From a bacterium (GTDB lineage Bacteria; SAR324; NAC60-12), in the NCBI GenBank assembly GCA_965209155.1, contig OZ242383.1, positions 1,792,001 through 1,856,000 on the forward strand: 64,000 nucleotides of DNA, read 5' to 3'. Made by a program: the position numbers and the translations under genes. The notes below the pieces were generated by a model. That model was not told the origin of the DNA. It searched no databases and saw only the letters and a program-made list of their open reading frames with translations. Below, one piece after another: positions 9,945 through 20,300 of the stretch (the stretch's first letter is position 1; each line of letters opens with the position of its first letter).

Positions 9945-11810
9945 ATGTCGACCTATAGTACCTTTCTCAGCTTCTCCAGGCGACCCACCCGGGTTGTTTC
10001 GGTAGGATCACTCAAAATTGGAGGGGAAGAGTCCATTTGCGTTCAATCCATGCTCACATCCCGGACCTGCGATCTGCCTCGGGTTCTGGACGAGATAACG
10101 ACACTCGCTGCCGTCAACTGCCAGTTGATACGTATTACGGTTCCCAACCAGCGCGCAGTGGAGTGTCTGCCAGCCATCCGTCGGGGAATGGAAAAAAGAG
10201 GAATTGCGATTCCGGTGGTGGCCGACATCCACTTCAACCCCCAATTGGCGATTGATAGTTGTGAATTCGTCGAGAAAGTGCGCATCAACCCGGGCAATTA
10301 CGCAGACCGTAAACGCTTTGAAATCCGCGAATACAGCGAGGCCCTTTACCAAGAGGAACTCGAACGGATTGAAGCAAGATTATTGACCTTGACAGGCAAC
10401 CTGAAAAAGTATGGTTGCGCCTTGAGGATCGGCGTCAATCACGGTTCCTTGTGCGATCGTATCCTCAATCGCTATGGAGACACGCCCAAAGGAATGGTTG
10501 AATCCGCTTTGGAATTTGTACGCATCTTTAGCAAACATGACTTCAATGACATCATAATTTCCATGAAATCCTCCATCCCCTCCGTGATGATGCAGGCATA
10601 TCGATTTTTAGTCATCCAAATGGAACAGGAAGGGATGGACTACCCCCTGCACCTGGGGGTGACTGAAGCGGGCAATGGTTTGGAGGCTCGCATTAAAAGC
10701 GCTGTTGGAATTGGCAGCTTGTTGATGGATGGGATAGGGGACACGATTCGAGTCTCCCTCACGGAACCTGCGGAAAATGAAATTCCTGCTGCGTATTCGA
10801 TTTTACAGGGTCTGGATTGCTTTCGAAAGGAGTTTTCTGCTTGGCGAAAAATTCTTTATGAACCACCAGTTTCTGATTCTGAACGCGCTACGCAGTCCGT
10901 TACGTTGAAACTTGAAAATGATGCGTGTTCGACGTCCCTGCATTCCTTTCAACCGATCACGGTGGGGGGCGACTCCCCTTTTGCATTCCTGGGAATGAGC
11001 AGTTACCCAATTGAAAATCTTGCGTCTCCATTGTTTGATCGGACTTTGACTACACCTCCCAGCGGAAAATCAGCATCCTCCGATATCCGATTATTTGAAT
11101 CATTGTCCCTGTTTTTTGAGAAAAACAACTCAGTCCAAATGGAGGTCCCTCCAGTCATTCTTTTAGAAGAGCAGCAAATCAAGCAGAGCGGATTTTCTGA
11201 GAAACTAAAAGTATTGCTGCAAGAAAAGGAAGCAAAATTACTGCTGGTTCGCAGTTCCCATCCTCTCCTGACAGTAAGATTTCTAGAACATTTGTTGCGA
11301 AATTGTCAATCGGACTGGCCCTTGGGAATCGTTGTACCCGATGTGGATGATACCCGGCATTGGTCTGGCTTGGCAGCGGAAGCAGGGAGCCTCATCGTCG
11401 ACGGGTTGGTCGACTGTTTGGTTTGTCCCACAATCGATCCCCAAAAACCGGTATTCCAGTTTTGCCAGACGTTGCTGCAAGCAACCCGTGTCCGGCTTTT
11501 CAAAGCTGATTTTATTTCCTGTCCTTCATGTGGTCGCACTTTTTTTGATTTGCAAACCACAACAGACGCCATCAAAGTACGCACGCAGCATCTCAAAGGG
11601 GTTAAAATTGGTATCATGGGATGTGTCGTCAATGGTCCGGGAGAGATGGCGGATGCGGATTTCGGTTATGTTGGTTCGGCAAAAGGAAAAATCAATCTCT
11701 ATCGGAAACAGGAATGCGTTGCACGTAACATTCCACAAAATCAAGCCGTGGAGCGTCTGATCGATTTGATCAAAGCAGATGGAAGATGGATTGCGCCTGA
11801 AGGAGAATAA
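9945..11810 (+). CDS. ispG: HMBPP synthase, long three-domain type
   Basis: VADIHF, RINPGN, RIGVNHGSL, PLHLGVTEAG, GDTIRVSL, CPSCGR, MGCVVNGPGE. Confidence 0.97.
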   Translation: MSTYSTFLSFSRRPTRVVSVGSLKIGGEESICVQSMLTSRTCDLPRVLDEITTLAAVNCQLIRITVPNQRAVECLPAIRRGMEKRGIAIPVVADIHFNPQLAIDSCEFVEKVRINPGNYADRKRFEIREYSEALYQEELERIEARLLTLTGNLKKYGCALRIGVNHGSLCDRILNRYGDTPKGMVESALEFVRIFSKHDFNDIIISMKSSIPSVMMQAYRFLVIQMEQEGMDYPLHLGVTEAGNGLEARIKSAVGIGSLLMDGIGDTIRVSLTEPAENEIPAAYSILQGLDCFRKEFSAWRKILYEPPVSDSERATQSVTLKLENDACSTSLHSFQPITVGGDSPFAFLGMSSYPIENLASPLFDRTLTTPPSGKSASSDIRLFESLSLFFEKNNSVQMEVPPVILLEEQQIKQSGFSEKLKVLLQEKEAKLLLVRSSHPLLTVRFLEHLLRNCQSDWPLGIVVPDVDDTRHWSGLAAEAGSLIVDGLVDCLVCPTIDPQKPVFQFCQTLLQATRVRLFKADFISCPSCGRTFFDLQTTTDAIKVRTQHLKGVKIGIMGCVVNGPGEMADADFGYVGSAKGKINLYRKQECVARNIPQNQAVERLIDLIKADGRWIAPEGE

Positions 11811-11883
11811 CTACGTTGCGAGCAATTAAAACTTTTTGTATTAAAAACCGGATTTGGTTTGAAACCTGTGCTCAAAGGGGAAA

Positions 11884-13071
11884 ATGTCTGTTGCTGAAAA
11901 TGTGAAAAACATGATGGAAAACGCATCGTGGATTCGTGAAATGTTTGAAAAAGGCCGGCGTTTGAAAGACATCCACGGAGAAGATCAGGTCTTTGATTTT
12001 TCCCTGGGGAACCCCATCATCGAACCCCCTGAAAGGGTATACCAGGTCTTGAAAGAATTGTTGGAAGCGCACCTGCCAGGCGGTCACCGTTACATGCCCA
12101 ATGCAGGCCTGCCGGAAACACGCGCTTTCATTGCCAGAACCCTCTCTCAGGAGATGGGATTGCCTTTTGAAAGCGGAGATATCACCATGTGCGTGGGAGC
12201 GGGAGGGGGTTTGAACACCGTGTTGAAAGCCCTGCTCAATCCTGCGGAAGAAGTGCTGACTCTGGCACCCTATTTTGTGGAATACGGTGTCTATGCCCAA
12301 AATCATGGAGGAGTGCTGCGAGTTGCCGAAACCAATGATATCTTTCAGATCGATTTGGAACAAGTCCGTGAAATCCTCACGCCGCAAACTAAAATCATCC
12401 TGGTCAATTCACCCAACAATCCCACGGGCGCCGTTTATCCCCAGGAAGATTTGGATCAGTTGGGAAAATTACTGGCGGAAAAAGAGCAGGAATATGGTCA
12501 TGCCATCTATCTCGTTTCCGACGATCCTTACCGGCATCTCCTTTTTGACGATTTGAAACCCTGCAATATTTTTCAAAGTCATCCCAATGCCATCCTGGTC
12601 ACTTCCCATTCCAAAGACCTGGGGCTGCCGGGAGAACGCATCGGATTTATTGCCATACATCCGGGATGTCGGGAACGGGTCGGCTTGCAAAACGCCCTGA
12701 CCCTCACCACTCGTATCCTGGGTTTTGTTAACGCCCCCGCCCTCATGCAGAGAATTCTGCCTCATCTCCAAGGCGCGAAAGTATCCGCAGACGTCTACCA
12801 GCGATTGAGGGATGTCTTTTGTGATGGTCTGTTGAAGATGGGATTTGACCTCACTATTCCTCAGGGGACGTTTTACATTTTTCCCAAATCCCCCATTCCG
12901 GATGACGTGGCCTTTGTCAATGAGGCCCTGTCCGAAAATATCCTGCTGGTTCCGGGTTCCGGTTTTGGCAGACCCGGTTACTTCCGCATTGCGTACTGCT
13001 GCACTGAAGAAACTATCCTCCGTTCCTTCCCCCATTTTAAAAGATTGGCACGGAAATACGGACTTTATTAG
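11884..13071 (+). CDS. PLP-dependent class I/II aminotransferase
   Basis: NSPNNPTG, DDPY, SHSKDLGLPGERIG. Confidence 0.93.
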   Translation: MSVAENVKNMMENASWIREMFEKGRRLKDIHGEDQVFDFSLGNPIIEPPERVYQVLKELLEAHLPGGHRYMPNAGLPETRAFIARTLSQEMGLPFESGDITMCVGAGGGLNTVLKALLNPAEEVLTLAPYFVEYGVYAQNHGGVLRVAETNDIFQIDLEQVREILTPQTKIILVNSPNNPTGAVYPQEDLDQLGKLLAEKEQEYGHAIYLVSDDPYRHLLFDDLKPCNIFQSHPNAILVTSHSKDLGLPGERIGFIAIHPGCRERVGLQNALTLTTRILGFVNAPALMQRILPHLQGAKVSADVYQRLRDVFCDGLLKMGFDLTIPQGTFYIFPKSPIPDDVAFVNEALSENILLVPGSGFGRPGYFRIAYCCTEETILRSFPHFKRLARKYGLY

Positions 13072-13310
13072 TCACAGGAATTGTCACTTGATTGGAAATC
13101 ATCGTAACTCATATCGATTGTTTGAGTCGACATTCAAGTATGAATGTTCATTTCCAGAGGGGTAATCTTCAGTGCGGACCAAGTCGCGTCGATCGAGCAG
13201 ATCTTGAAATCCACCAGGCCAATGGCCAGTCCGCTTTCGCAGCGTCTCGGCCCGTAATTCCGCTTCCTCCGCATTCCAATGCACCAGTCGAATTTTTTGA
13301 TTCATCGTCA

Positions 13311-13901
13311 TTATTTATATTGGTCGTTGAGGCCCGCTCCTTCGACAATCATCGGGATGATCTTTGCGATTCGCTTCGCCTTGGTTTCTTCTCGTTTGGC
13401 ATCGGAAACGTAGTCCGCATATTCGCGTTGCTTGCCTTTGCTGAGTCCCTTGAAACCCGCATGCGCATTTTCATTTTTTGCAAGCGCTTCCTCAAGCTGT
13501 GCTGGCAGGATGAGTGGTTTGTTGCGATCCGGCTTGATTTGAATGCCCTTCATCTGTAATTCGATTGCCTCTTTTACATATGCCTTGATGAGCGCAGAAT
13601 CGATCTCCGTTTTGGATGAAAACCGCCATTGTCGCAGCGCTTTGGTCCTACCATTCTGAGCGTTGACCAGCAAGTTTTTCTCGTCACTCAAAAGCGCTCC
13701 TTGATAAAACCAGAGCGCTACGAAGGACTTGAACGCACCCAGACCGACGACCATTTTCCCGTTAAGCGTGTAACAAGGCATTCCCCATTTCACCGTTTCT
13801 TCGAGTTTGGTGGAAAGCAGGATCTTCCTCAATTGAACCAACTCCTCTTTCCAATGGTCGCTGCATTCTATGTATTCATTGACCGTCTTGTATCGTTTCA
13901 T
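13311..13901 (-). CDS. DUF1801 plus YdeI/OmpD-associated domain protein
   Basis: LEETVKWGMPCY, WFYQGALL, AKREETKAKR. Confidence 0.8.
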   Translation of the reverse strand: MKRYKTVNEYIECSDHWKEELVQLRKILLSTKLEETVKWGMPCYTLNGKMVVGLGAFKSFVALWFYQGALLSDEKNLLVNAQNGRTKALRQWRFSSKTEIDSALIKAYVKEAIELQMKGIQIKPDRNKPLILPAQLEEALAKNENAHAGFKGLSKGKQREYADYVSDAKREETKAKRIAKIIPMIVEGAGLNDQYK

Positions 13902-13967
13902 TTGGGTTCCTTAAATTCAAGGAGTCGAATTGCTTGGATCGCATGATAGGGGTGAACGACAAGAGAG

Positions 13968-14390
13968 TCAATCGGATGATTTCCACGGGTCGTAAGAACC
14001 GATATTCCAGACATGACCTTCCGGATCGCGACATGCGAAAAAGATGCCGCCGTATTCGGGGTTTTCGAGCGGGGATACGATTTCAGCACCAGCCTCTACG
14101 GCACGGTCATGCAAGGCTTCCGGATCGTCCACCACGAGGTAGACGGACTGGGTGTTCACTCCCCCCGGTCCAGGTACACCCATCAATTGCCCGTGCGTGT
14201 CATCGCGCTCACTTCCGAGCATGATCATGCCGTCACCGAGCGTAAGCTGGGCATGCAGGATTTTGTCGCCGTCTCCTGGTACGACCAGGTGCCTCGAAAA
14301 ACCGAGCACGCGGCCTAGCCAGTCTATGGCGGCGGGAGCATTTTGATAACGCATTGAAGGAATAACCGGTGATTTACCAAAGGTGGGCAT
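13968..14390 (-). CDS. VOC/glyoxalase/bleomycin-resistance family protein
   Basis: AAIDWL..GF, HAQL, AVEAGA, RDPEGHVW. Confidence 0.85.
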   Translation of the reverse strand: MPTFGKSPVIPSMRYQNAPAAIDWLGRVLGFSRHLVVPGDGDKILHAQLTLGDGMIMLGSERDDTHGQLMGVPGPGGVNTQSVYLVVDDPEALHDRAVEAGAEIVSPLENPEYGGIFFACRDPEGHVWNIGSYDPWKSSD

Positions 14391-14728
14391 GGGAATATTT
14401 CTCAAAAAAGGAACAAAATATAGTTATTGATAAGAGTAACATCCTGATATCCTGAAGTAAAGTTATTTTATTCTTGAGCATTGAGATGGGCGGGTTCAAT
14501 GCGCGATGTTTCTTTACAATTTTTCATTTCATTGTTTGTTGATTGCTTGACAATTATCCGGCATGGATTAAGATCATTATCAAATCAATTTCGAACATTG
14601 GGATGGCATGCTCTCTTTCGGGTATTGTATTTTTCTGCCAGACACTGCCAATAGTCATCACCACCGGCAGAGCCGGTGGCTTGAAGAGGCCCCCAGGATG
14701 GGGGCAAAACGTGTTCGTCATCGTATGA

Positions 14729-15130
14729 CGTGCTCGTGCTCGTGAACGAAAAAGGCTGCCATGTTAGATCATGAAAAACTCGATGTATACCAATGTTCCA
14801 TCGAAATTTTTAGCGTTATCTGTCCAAGTCATCGAAACATTGCCAAAAGGATACTCAGCCTTAGTTGACCAACTGAAAAGGGCCTCATGGTCGATTCCTC
14901 TCAATATCGCAGAAGGCTGTGGAAAAAATTCCCTTCCTGACAAGCAACGATTCTATGCGTTTGCCCGAGGTTCCGCAATGGAATGCGCTACTATTCTCGA
15001 TGTTTTAAACGTGTTGAAGATCATCCAGCCTTCTTTATTTGACGAAGGAAAACAGTTACTTCATCGCATTGTTTCTATGTTAACCAAAATGTGCCGTCGA
15101 TTTCACTGACCGTTCACGAGCACGAGCACG
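14729..15130. repeat. Perfect 20-bp inverted repeat flanking the four-helix-bundle gene
   Basis: cgtgctcgtgctcgtgaacg (14729-14748) and cgttcacgagcacgagcacg (15111-15130). Confidence 0.92.
14761..15109 (+). pseudogene. Four-helix-bundle (23S rRNA IVP-like) protein with +1 frameshift near 14804
   Basis: MLDHEKLDVYQCSIE from 14761 joins FLALSV..DQLKRASWSIPLNIAEG..ARGSAMEC if one A of gaaattttt is removed. Confidence 0.82.
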
Positions 15131-15337
15131 GCCCACGGACACGGATACGTTTCTCATGTCTGACCGGCAAAGCCTATTAGGTTCGCACCAGCAGAGCTGG
15201 TGGTTTAATGAGATTAATTATCTGGCGTTCCGAGTTGCCTGTGCTAAAAGAAAATGAAGGGCAAACAAGGGCGGAGTATCAATTTGCGAAATCACGAATT
15301 CAGGCAAATGAGTAGTGTAGTTCAATAGCAATTGACT

Positions 15338-16186
15338 ATGGCAAAAAAATGGGGACAGCATTTCCTGATACGGCGATCCTATGTGGACCGGTTGCTGGAA
15401 ACAGCTCAAGTCGCGAGCAATGATTGCATCCTGGAAATCGGTCCGGGTAAAGGCATCCTGACCCGAGCTTTGCTTGCGCGACAAGCGAAGGTTACGGCAA
15501 TTGAGGTGGATCCGAATTTGTACTGTTTCTTGAGAAAGCAGTTTATTCGAGAAAAGGCTTTATTCCTCTTCAATCGCGACTTCTTAGAGTGTGAAAAGGA
15601 ATTTTTGGCAAACCTTTATCCCAATGCCTATAAAGTGGTGTCCAACCTTCCTTACAATATCGCCACACCTGTCTTTTTCAAACTCCTGGAACTGCGTCAC
15701 TGCTTGCAATCCATCACCGTCATGATGCAAAAAGAAGTCGCCCTGCGGATTTGCGCCACCGTCAAGGAACGTGCCTTTTATGGAGTGCTCTCAGTTGTGG
15801 CGGAATTGGGATTTGAACGTAAACTGTCATTTTCGATTCCGCCCAACGCTTTCAATCCTGTCCCTAAAGTGGATTCTGCGGTGGTCTATTTGATTCCAAA
15901 GCCAAGGCGAATCTCAGCCGAAGAAGAGCGCCCTTTCTTAAAATGGGTCCGGCTTGTTTTCAACAAGCGTCGCAAGACGCTGCTGAACAATCTTCAACGA
16001 TGTTGTCCCGGAGAATTTAAACGCCACGAATTTTATCTACGAAAAAAATACGCAAAAATACGTGCTGAAACGCTCACCTTGCAAGAGTTAACAGACCTGT
16101 TTCAACTTCTTTTTCATCCCGCGGGACTCCCACCTTCCGATTCTACTAATCGCGCATTCCATGAGCAATCGATTTGCCCGGACTAA
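15338..16186 (+). CDS. rsmA: 16S rRNA dimethyladenosine transferase
   Basis: GQHFL, LEIGPGKG, SNLPYNI, FNPVPKVDSAV, KRRKTL. Confidence 0.95.
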   Translation: MAKKWGQHFLIRRSYVDRLLETAQVASNDCILEIGPGKGILTRALLARQAKVTAIEVDPNLYCFLRKQFIREKALFLFNRDFLECEKEFLANLYPNAYKVVSNLPYNIATPVFFKLLELRHCLQSITVMMQKEVALRICATVKERAFYGVLSVVAELGFERKLSFSIPPNAFNPVPKVDSAVVYLIPKPRRISAEEERPFLKWVRLVFNKRRKTLLNNLQRCCPGEFKRHEFYLRKKYAKIRAETLTLQELTDLFQLLFHPAGLPPSDSTNRAFHEQSICPD

Positions 16187-16635
16187 CGTGCGGAGCGAAT
16201 TTGAATTTTCCACCATTGCGCGTAAATTTCGTCTGACCACAAACTTTGAATCCAGGCGATGGCATTGATGATTTCTTCATCAGTGAGGATATCTTTGAAT
16301 GGCGGCATCTTACCGGTTCCTCCCGGAAATCCGAATTTGATCTGCTGTGCCAGCACTCTGAATGGGTGATGCCAGGTATGGGCTGTGCCATTCAAAGGAG
16401 GTGGAGGAAAATTTCCGTCTTTATCAGGGGTTCGCCAGTTTGGAGTTGCTTCACCACGGGTCCCGTGGCAACTGGCGCAATTCGTTTCATAGACTTTTTT
16501 TCCAGATTCTACCCGGGACTTTTCATACCAGCGTTCGGGGGTTTCGGCAACTGCAGTGGACAACGCGGAAAGAGTAGCAATCACAACACAAGTGATTATG
16601 ATAGAATCCATTATAACGATTGAAATTCTTTTCAT
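16183..16635 (-). CDS. Exported monoheme cytochrome c
   Basis: Hydrophobic N-terminus, CASCH, PPLNGTAHTWHH, MPPF. Confidence 0.88.
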   Translation of the reverse strand: MKRISIVIMDSIIITCVVIATLSALSTAVAETPERWYEKSRVESGKKVYETNCASCHGTRGEATPNWRTPDKDGNFPPPPLNGTAHTWHHPFRVLAQQIKFGFPGGTGKMPPFKDILTDEEIINAIAWIQSLWSDEIYAQWWKIQIRSAR

Positions 16636-16747
16636 TGGCCTCAATACTCTGAAAATAGTGGCTTCACGCTTGGATATCCCTGAATGGGGTCAAGGTCACA
16701 TTCTGATTGAAAAGCAATTAGATTCAGTCAGTAAAAATTAATTGTAT

Positions 16748-16823
16748 TGGTGCTCCCACCGGGACTCGAACCCAGAACTACGGATTAGGAATCCGTTGTT
16801 TTATCCAGTTGAACTACAGGAGC
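16748..16823 (-). tRNA. tRNA-Arg(CCT)
   Basis: 76-nt cloverleaf GCTCCTG...acgga-ttCCTaa-tccgt...GGTTCGAGTCC...TGGGAGCACCA with encoded CCA. Confidence 0.95.
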
Positions 16824-17012
16824 ATTCCGCAAAATTTAGAATTGTGATCCAATGGAGCCGAGAGAGTCAGTTTTTACTGACGACGTCGGAAGAGTTTACT
16901 TTTTTTCCAGGTCAAAAACAAGAAATGATGCGAGAAAGAAGCGATTTCTTCTTGCATATTCGGACAAGATTAATATTTTATTTCAAAGCATTTTCAATAC
17001 GAGGAGAGCTAT

Positions 17013-17333
17013 ATGGAAGTTCAAACAAGAATAGAGAAGAAACTGCAAAGGGCATTCGATCCACTTTTTCTTCAGGTACAAAACGAAAGCAACCAACACA
17101 ATGTCCCAGCCGGGTCGGAATCCCATTTCAAGGTTGTTATCGTTTCGGCAAAATTTGAGCGCAAAAGTCTTTTACAGCAGCACCAACTGATCAATCAAGT
17201 CTTGGCAGAGGATCTGGCCGGTCCTGTCCATGCCTTGTCTATTCAGGCAAAAACCCCCACGCAATGGGAACATAGCGGTCACGCGATTCGTGATACCCCG
17301 GAATGTTTGGGAGGAAAAAAGCGTAGTTCCTGA
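17013..17333 (+). CDS. bolA: BolA family protein
   Basis: NES..HNVP.GSESHFKVVIVS, VHALSI. Confidence 0.93.
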   Translation: MEVQTRIEKKLQRAFDPLFLQVQNESNQHNVPAGSESHFKVVIVSAKFERKSLLQQHQLINQVLAEDLAGPVHALSIQAKTPTQWEHSGHAIRDTPECLGGKKRSS

Positions 17334-17342
17334 AGGGGGGAT

Positions 17343-20300
17343 TTAAACAGAATAGGCTTTGTTACGTTTATCGCGTTGTTTTTTTCTTTCCCGGTTGGAA
17401 ACGTATACTTTTTTCCGGATGGCTGGTTTGGGACTATTGACGACTTTGGGTTCATCCCCATGACTATAAATGGCTTCTGGCGCTTGGGGATCGACATGAA
17501 AGAACAGGTAGCGGGGATGAGGCAGTTTATTACGATGGAAAAATTGAGTGGTCGATTCTCGCGCAATGTCTGAAATAAGGTTGTCGAATAAGGCAAATGC
17601 TTTACGGCGGTATTCGTCAATGGGTTTTTTCTGCGCATAACCCGCCAGGCCCACTTCCTCTCTGAGATGATCCATTGCCAGTAAATGATTTTTCCAGCGT
17701 TCGTCATTGCTGTTCAAAAGGTTTTGACGTTGCACCATCAAAACCAGAGTTTCAAAAATCTCCTGCTTGAACTGCAAATACCCGGAAAAAAAATGTTGTC
17801 GGAAATCATCAGGAATCTCATTGAGAAAAGGCGTGATGGCTTCCACACGAGAATTCAAACGCTTATTCCGACAATAGGTGTCGAATCGCTGGAGCCACAT
17901 TTCAAAAAATGCACGCAACTGCTTCATTTGAGGATGAGGAAACTCCCAGGTCGCCGCAGTGACGGAACGGGCATTCTCATGAAGGATGATCTGCAGGTAG
18001 ATCCCGGCCACTTCAAAGAGTTCTATTTCTTTGTATTTATTGAAAAATTCTTCTTTGAAACGATCCAATTTGATTTGGTAACAATCTTCGGTGATCTCGA
18101 AGAGCTTATGCACGATCTCTTCTCGTTTCAGTGAAGGATCTTCCCAGGATTCATCGAGGTGAGAGTTAAAAATATGAAAAAAATCCTGCTTGAATTCTTC
18201 CCGCTTCCACTGGTCTTGAAATTTGTCACTGCAATACTGGTCCATCAACTCTTCAATCGTCTCTGCGCACATATCCAGGAAGCAATGGTGGATATCGTCG
18301 CTTAAAATAGCTCGTCGTCTGTCATAGATGATATTTCGCTGCCTTTCCATGACGTCGTCGTATTCGAGCAGATTTTTCCGGGCACTGAAATGCATCGATT
18401 CTACTTTTTTCTGGGCGTTGGCAATAGCCCGTGAAACGAACATATGTTCGATTGGCATATCTTCTTCAATTTGAAAGCGGTCCATCCATTTGGCCAACTT
18501 TTCGCCTCCAAAGATACGTAAAAGATTGTCTTCCATTGCAAGGAAGAATTGGGATTCGCCGGGATCCCCTTGTCGTCCGGAACGTCCACGCAACTGGTTA
18601 TCGATGCGACGACTGTCATGCCGCTCCGTCCCCAAAATGAAAACCCCACCGAGCTCCAAAACCTCCGACGCCGGTTTGATATCAGTCCCGCGACCCGCCA
18701 TATTGGTGGCGATCGTCACCGATCCCGATTGACCGGCGTTTTTAATGATTTCAGCTTCTTGAGCGTGATATTTTGCATTGAGAACACGGTGCTCGATTCC
18801 TTTTTGTTGCAGACGGCGGCTGATCAGTTCGGAAGTTTCTACGGAAACAGTTCCTACCAACACGGGTTGCTTGCGCTCATACAGTGATTGCACTTGGTTG
18901 ACTATGGCATTGAACTTGGACTTTTGCGTTTTATAGATTAAATCCGGCTTGTCGTTGCGAATGACAGGCAGGTGGGTGGGGATGACCACCACCCCCAGGT
19001 TATAGATTTTTTTGAACTCATCTTTTTCAGTTTCCGCAGTACCGGTCATCCCGGCAATTTTACGGTATAGGCGGAAATAATTTTGGAAGGTGATGGAAGC
19101 CAGTGTTTGGGTTTCCATTTCAACACGTACTTTTTCTTTGGCTTCCAATGCCTGATGCAACCCGTCGCTGTAACGTCTTCCCGGCATCAAGCGACCCGTA
19201 AAGTCGTCGACGATGACCACCTGACCGTTCTGGACGACATAATCCACGTCTTTTTTAAAAACCAAATGGGCTTTGAGCGCCTGATTGATGTGGTGCAGGA
19301 CGGGGGTATTCACCCTGTCGAACAAGCTTTTCAAGACCTGAATTTCAGCGAATATGGCGGAACGGCATTGATTGGATTTTTCAGCTCCCAAGGTACTTTG
19401 CAAGGCTTCAAAAAATGCTTCTTCGCTTTCATATTCCAAATCTTTCAGGTTCGTTAACTCTGACATGACAGGCCCCAATTCCGGATTAGCCTGGAGGTGT
19501 TCCAGACTTTCCTGAGAAAGTCGGTAGGTAGGCAGGAGCATGCCTTTGTAAGCCAACTGGAGGATGCGTGATTTGAAGGGGATGAGTGAGGACTGCCCAA
19601 CGCCGTCATTGGCGATTTTGTCGGACAATGTCTGCAAGAAGCCATCTTGCCGTTTGAAATCAAAATTAGCAGTGCTTTTCAGTCCTTGGAGCACTATGTC
19701 TTCATTGATTTCGGATTCCAGACGCCGGATATCTTGATCAGTGAGTTGATAATGCTCGAAAGCAGCCAATCGCTTTTCTATTTTAGCAGCTCCACGATCG
19801 GTCAAGGCCACATACCGCGATTTTTCATCCAGCGTATAATCGCCTTCGCGGACTATGTCACGATCTTCCTTGTATTCCCATTCGGGATCAATACCATGGA
19901 TTTCATGATCGGGAAGTTGGGGCACTTCAATTTTTTGAATTTCACGCTGCAGGTCATAAATGAGCTTGTTGACTATTCGGTATTTTTCGATGTCATCGTC
20001 AGTGGCTCCACTGATGATAAGGGGAGTACGCGATTCATCAATCAGAATGCTGTCCACTTCATCAATGATGGCATAGTGGAAATCACGTTGTACGTAATCA
20101 ACGAGGTCCATCTTCATGTTGTCCCGTAAATAATCGAAGCCAAACTCATTGTTGGTGCCGTAAGTGATGTCTGCCTGATAACTTTTCTGACGCTGAGTGG
20201 GATGAAAGTCATGTTGGATCAATCCTACCGTAGTTCCCAGGAAACGGTAAATTTGCCCCATCCATTCGCTGTCACGTTTGGCCAGGTAGTCATTAGGAGT

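Larger units (their letters stand above)
14653..15216 (-). mobile_element. Non-autonomous element with IS200/IS605-like hairpin ends, no transposase
   Basis: Related hairpins ccaccggc-aga-gccggtgg (14661-14679) and caccagc-aga-gctggtg (15186-15202) bracket a cargo gene. Confidence 0.55.

Noticed and set aside
9945..11810. Extra central domain of IspG as novel
   Set aside because: Long three-domain IspG is established in plants, Chlamydiae and other bacteria.
14761..15109. Four-helix-bundle gene as the Avd of a diversity-generating retroelement
   Set aside because: No reverse transcriptase and no template/variable repeat pair with adenine-specific differences seen.
16742..17158. 138-aa ORF across 16742-17158
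   Set aside because: Antisense to tRNA-Arg and out of frame with bolA; spurious.
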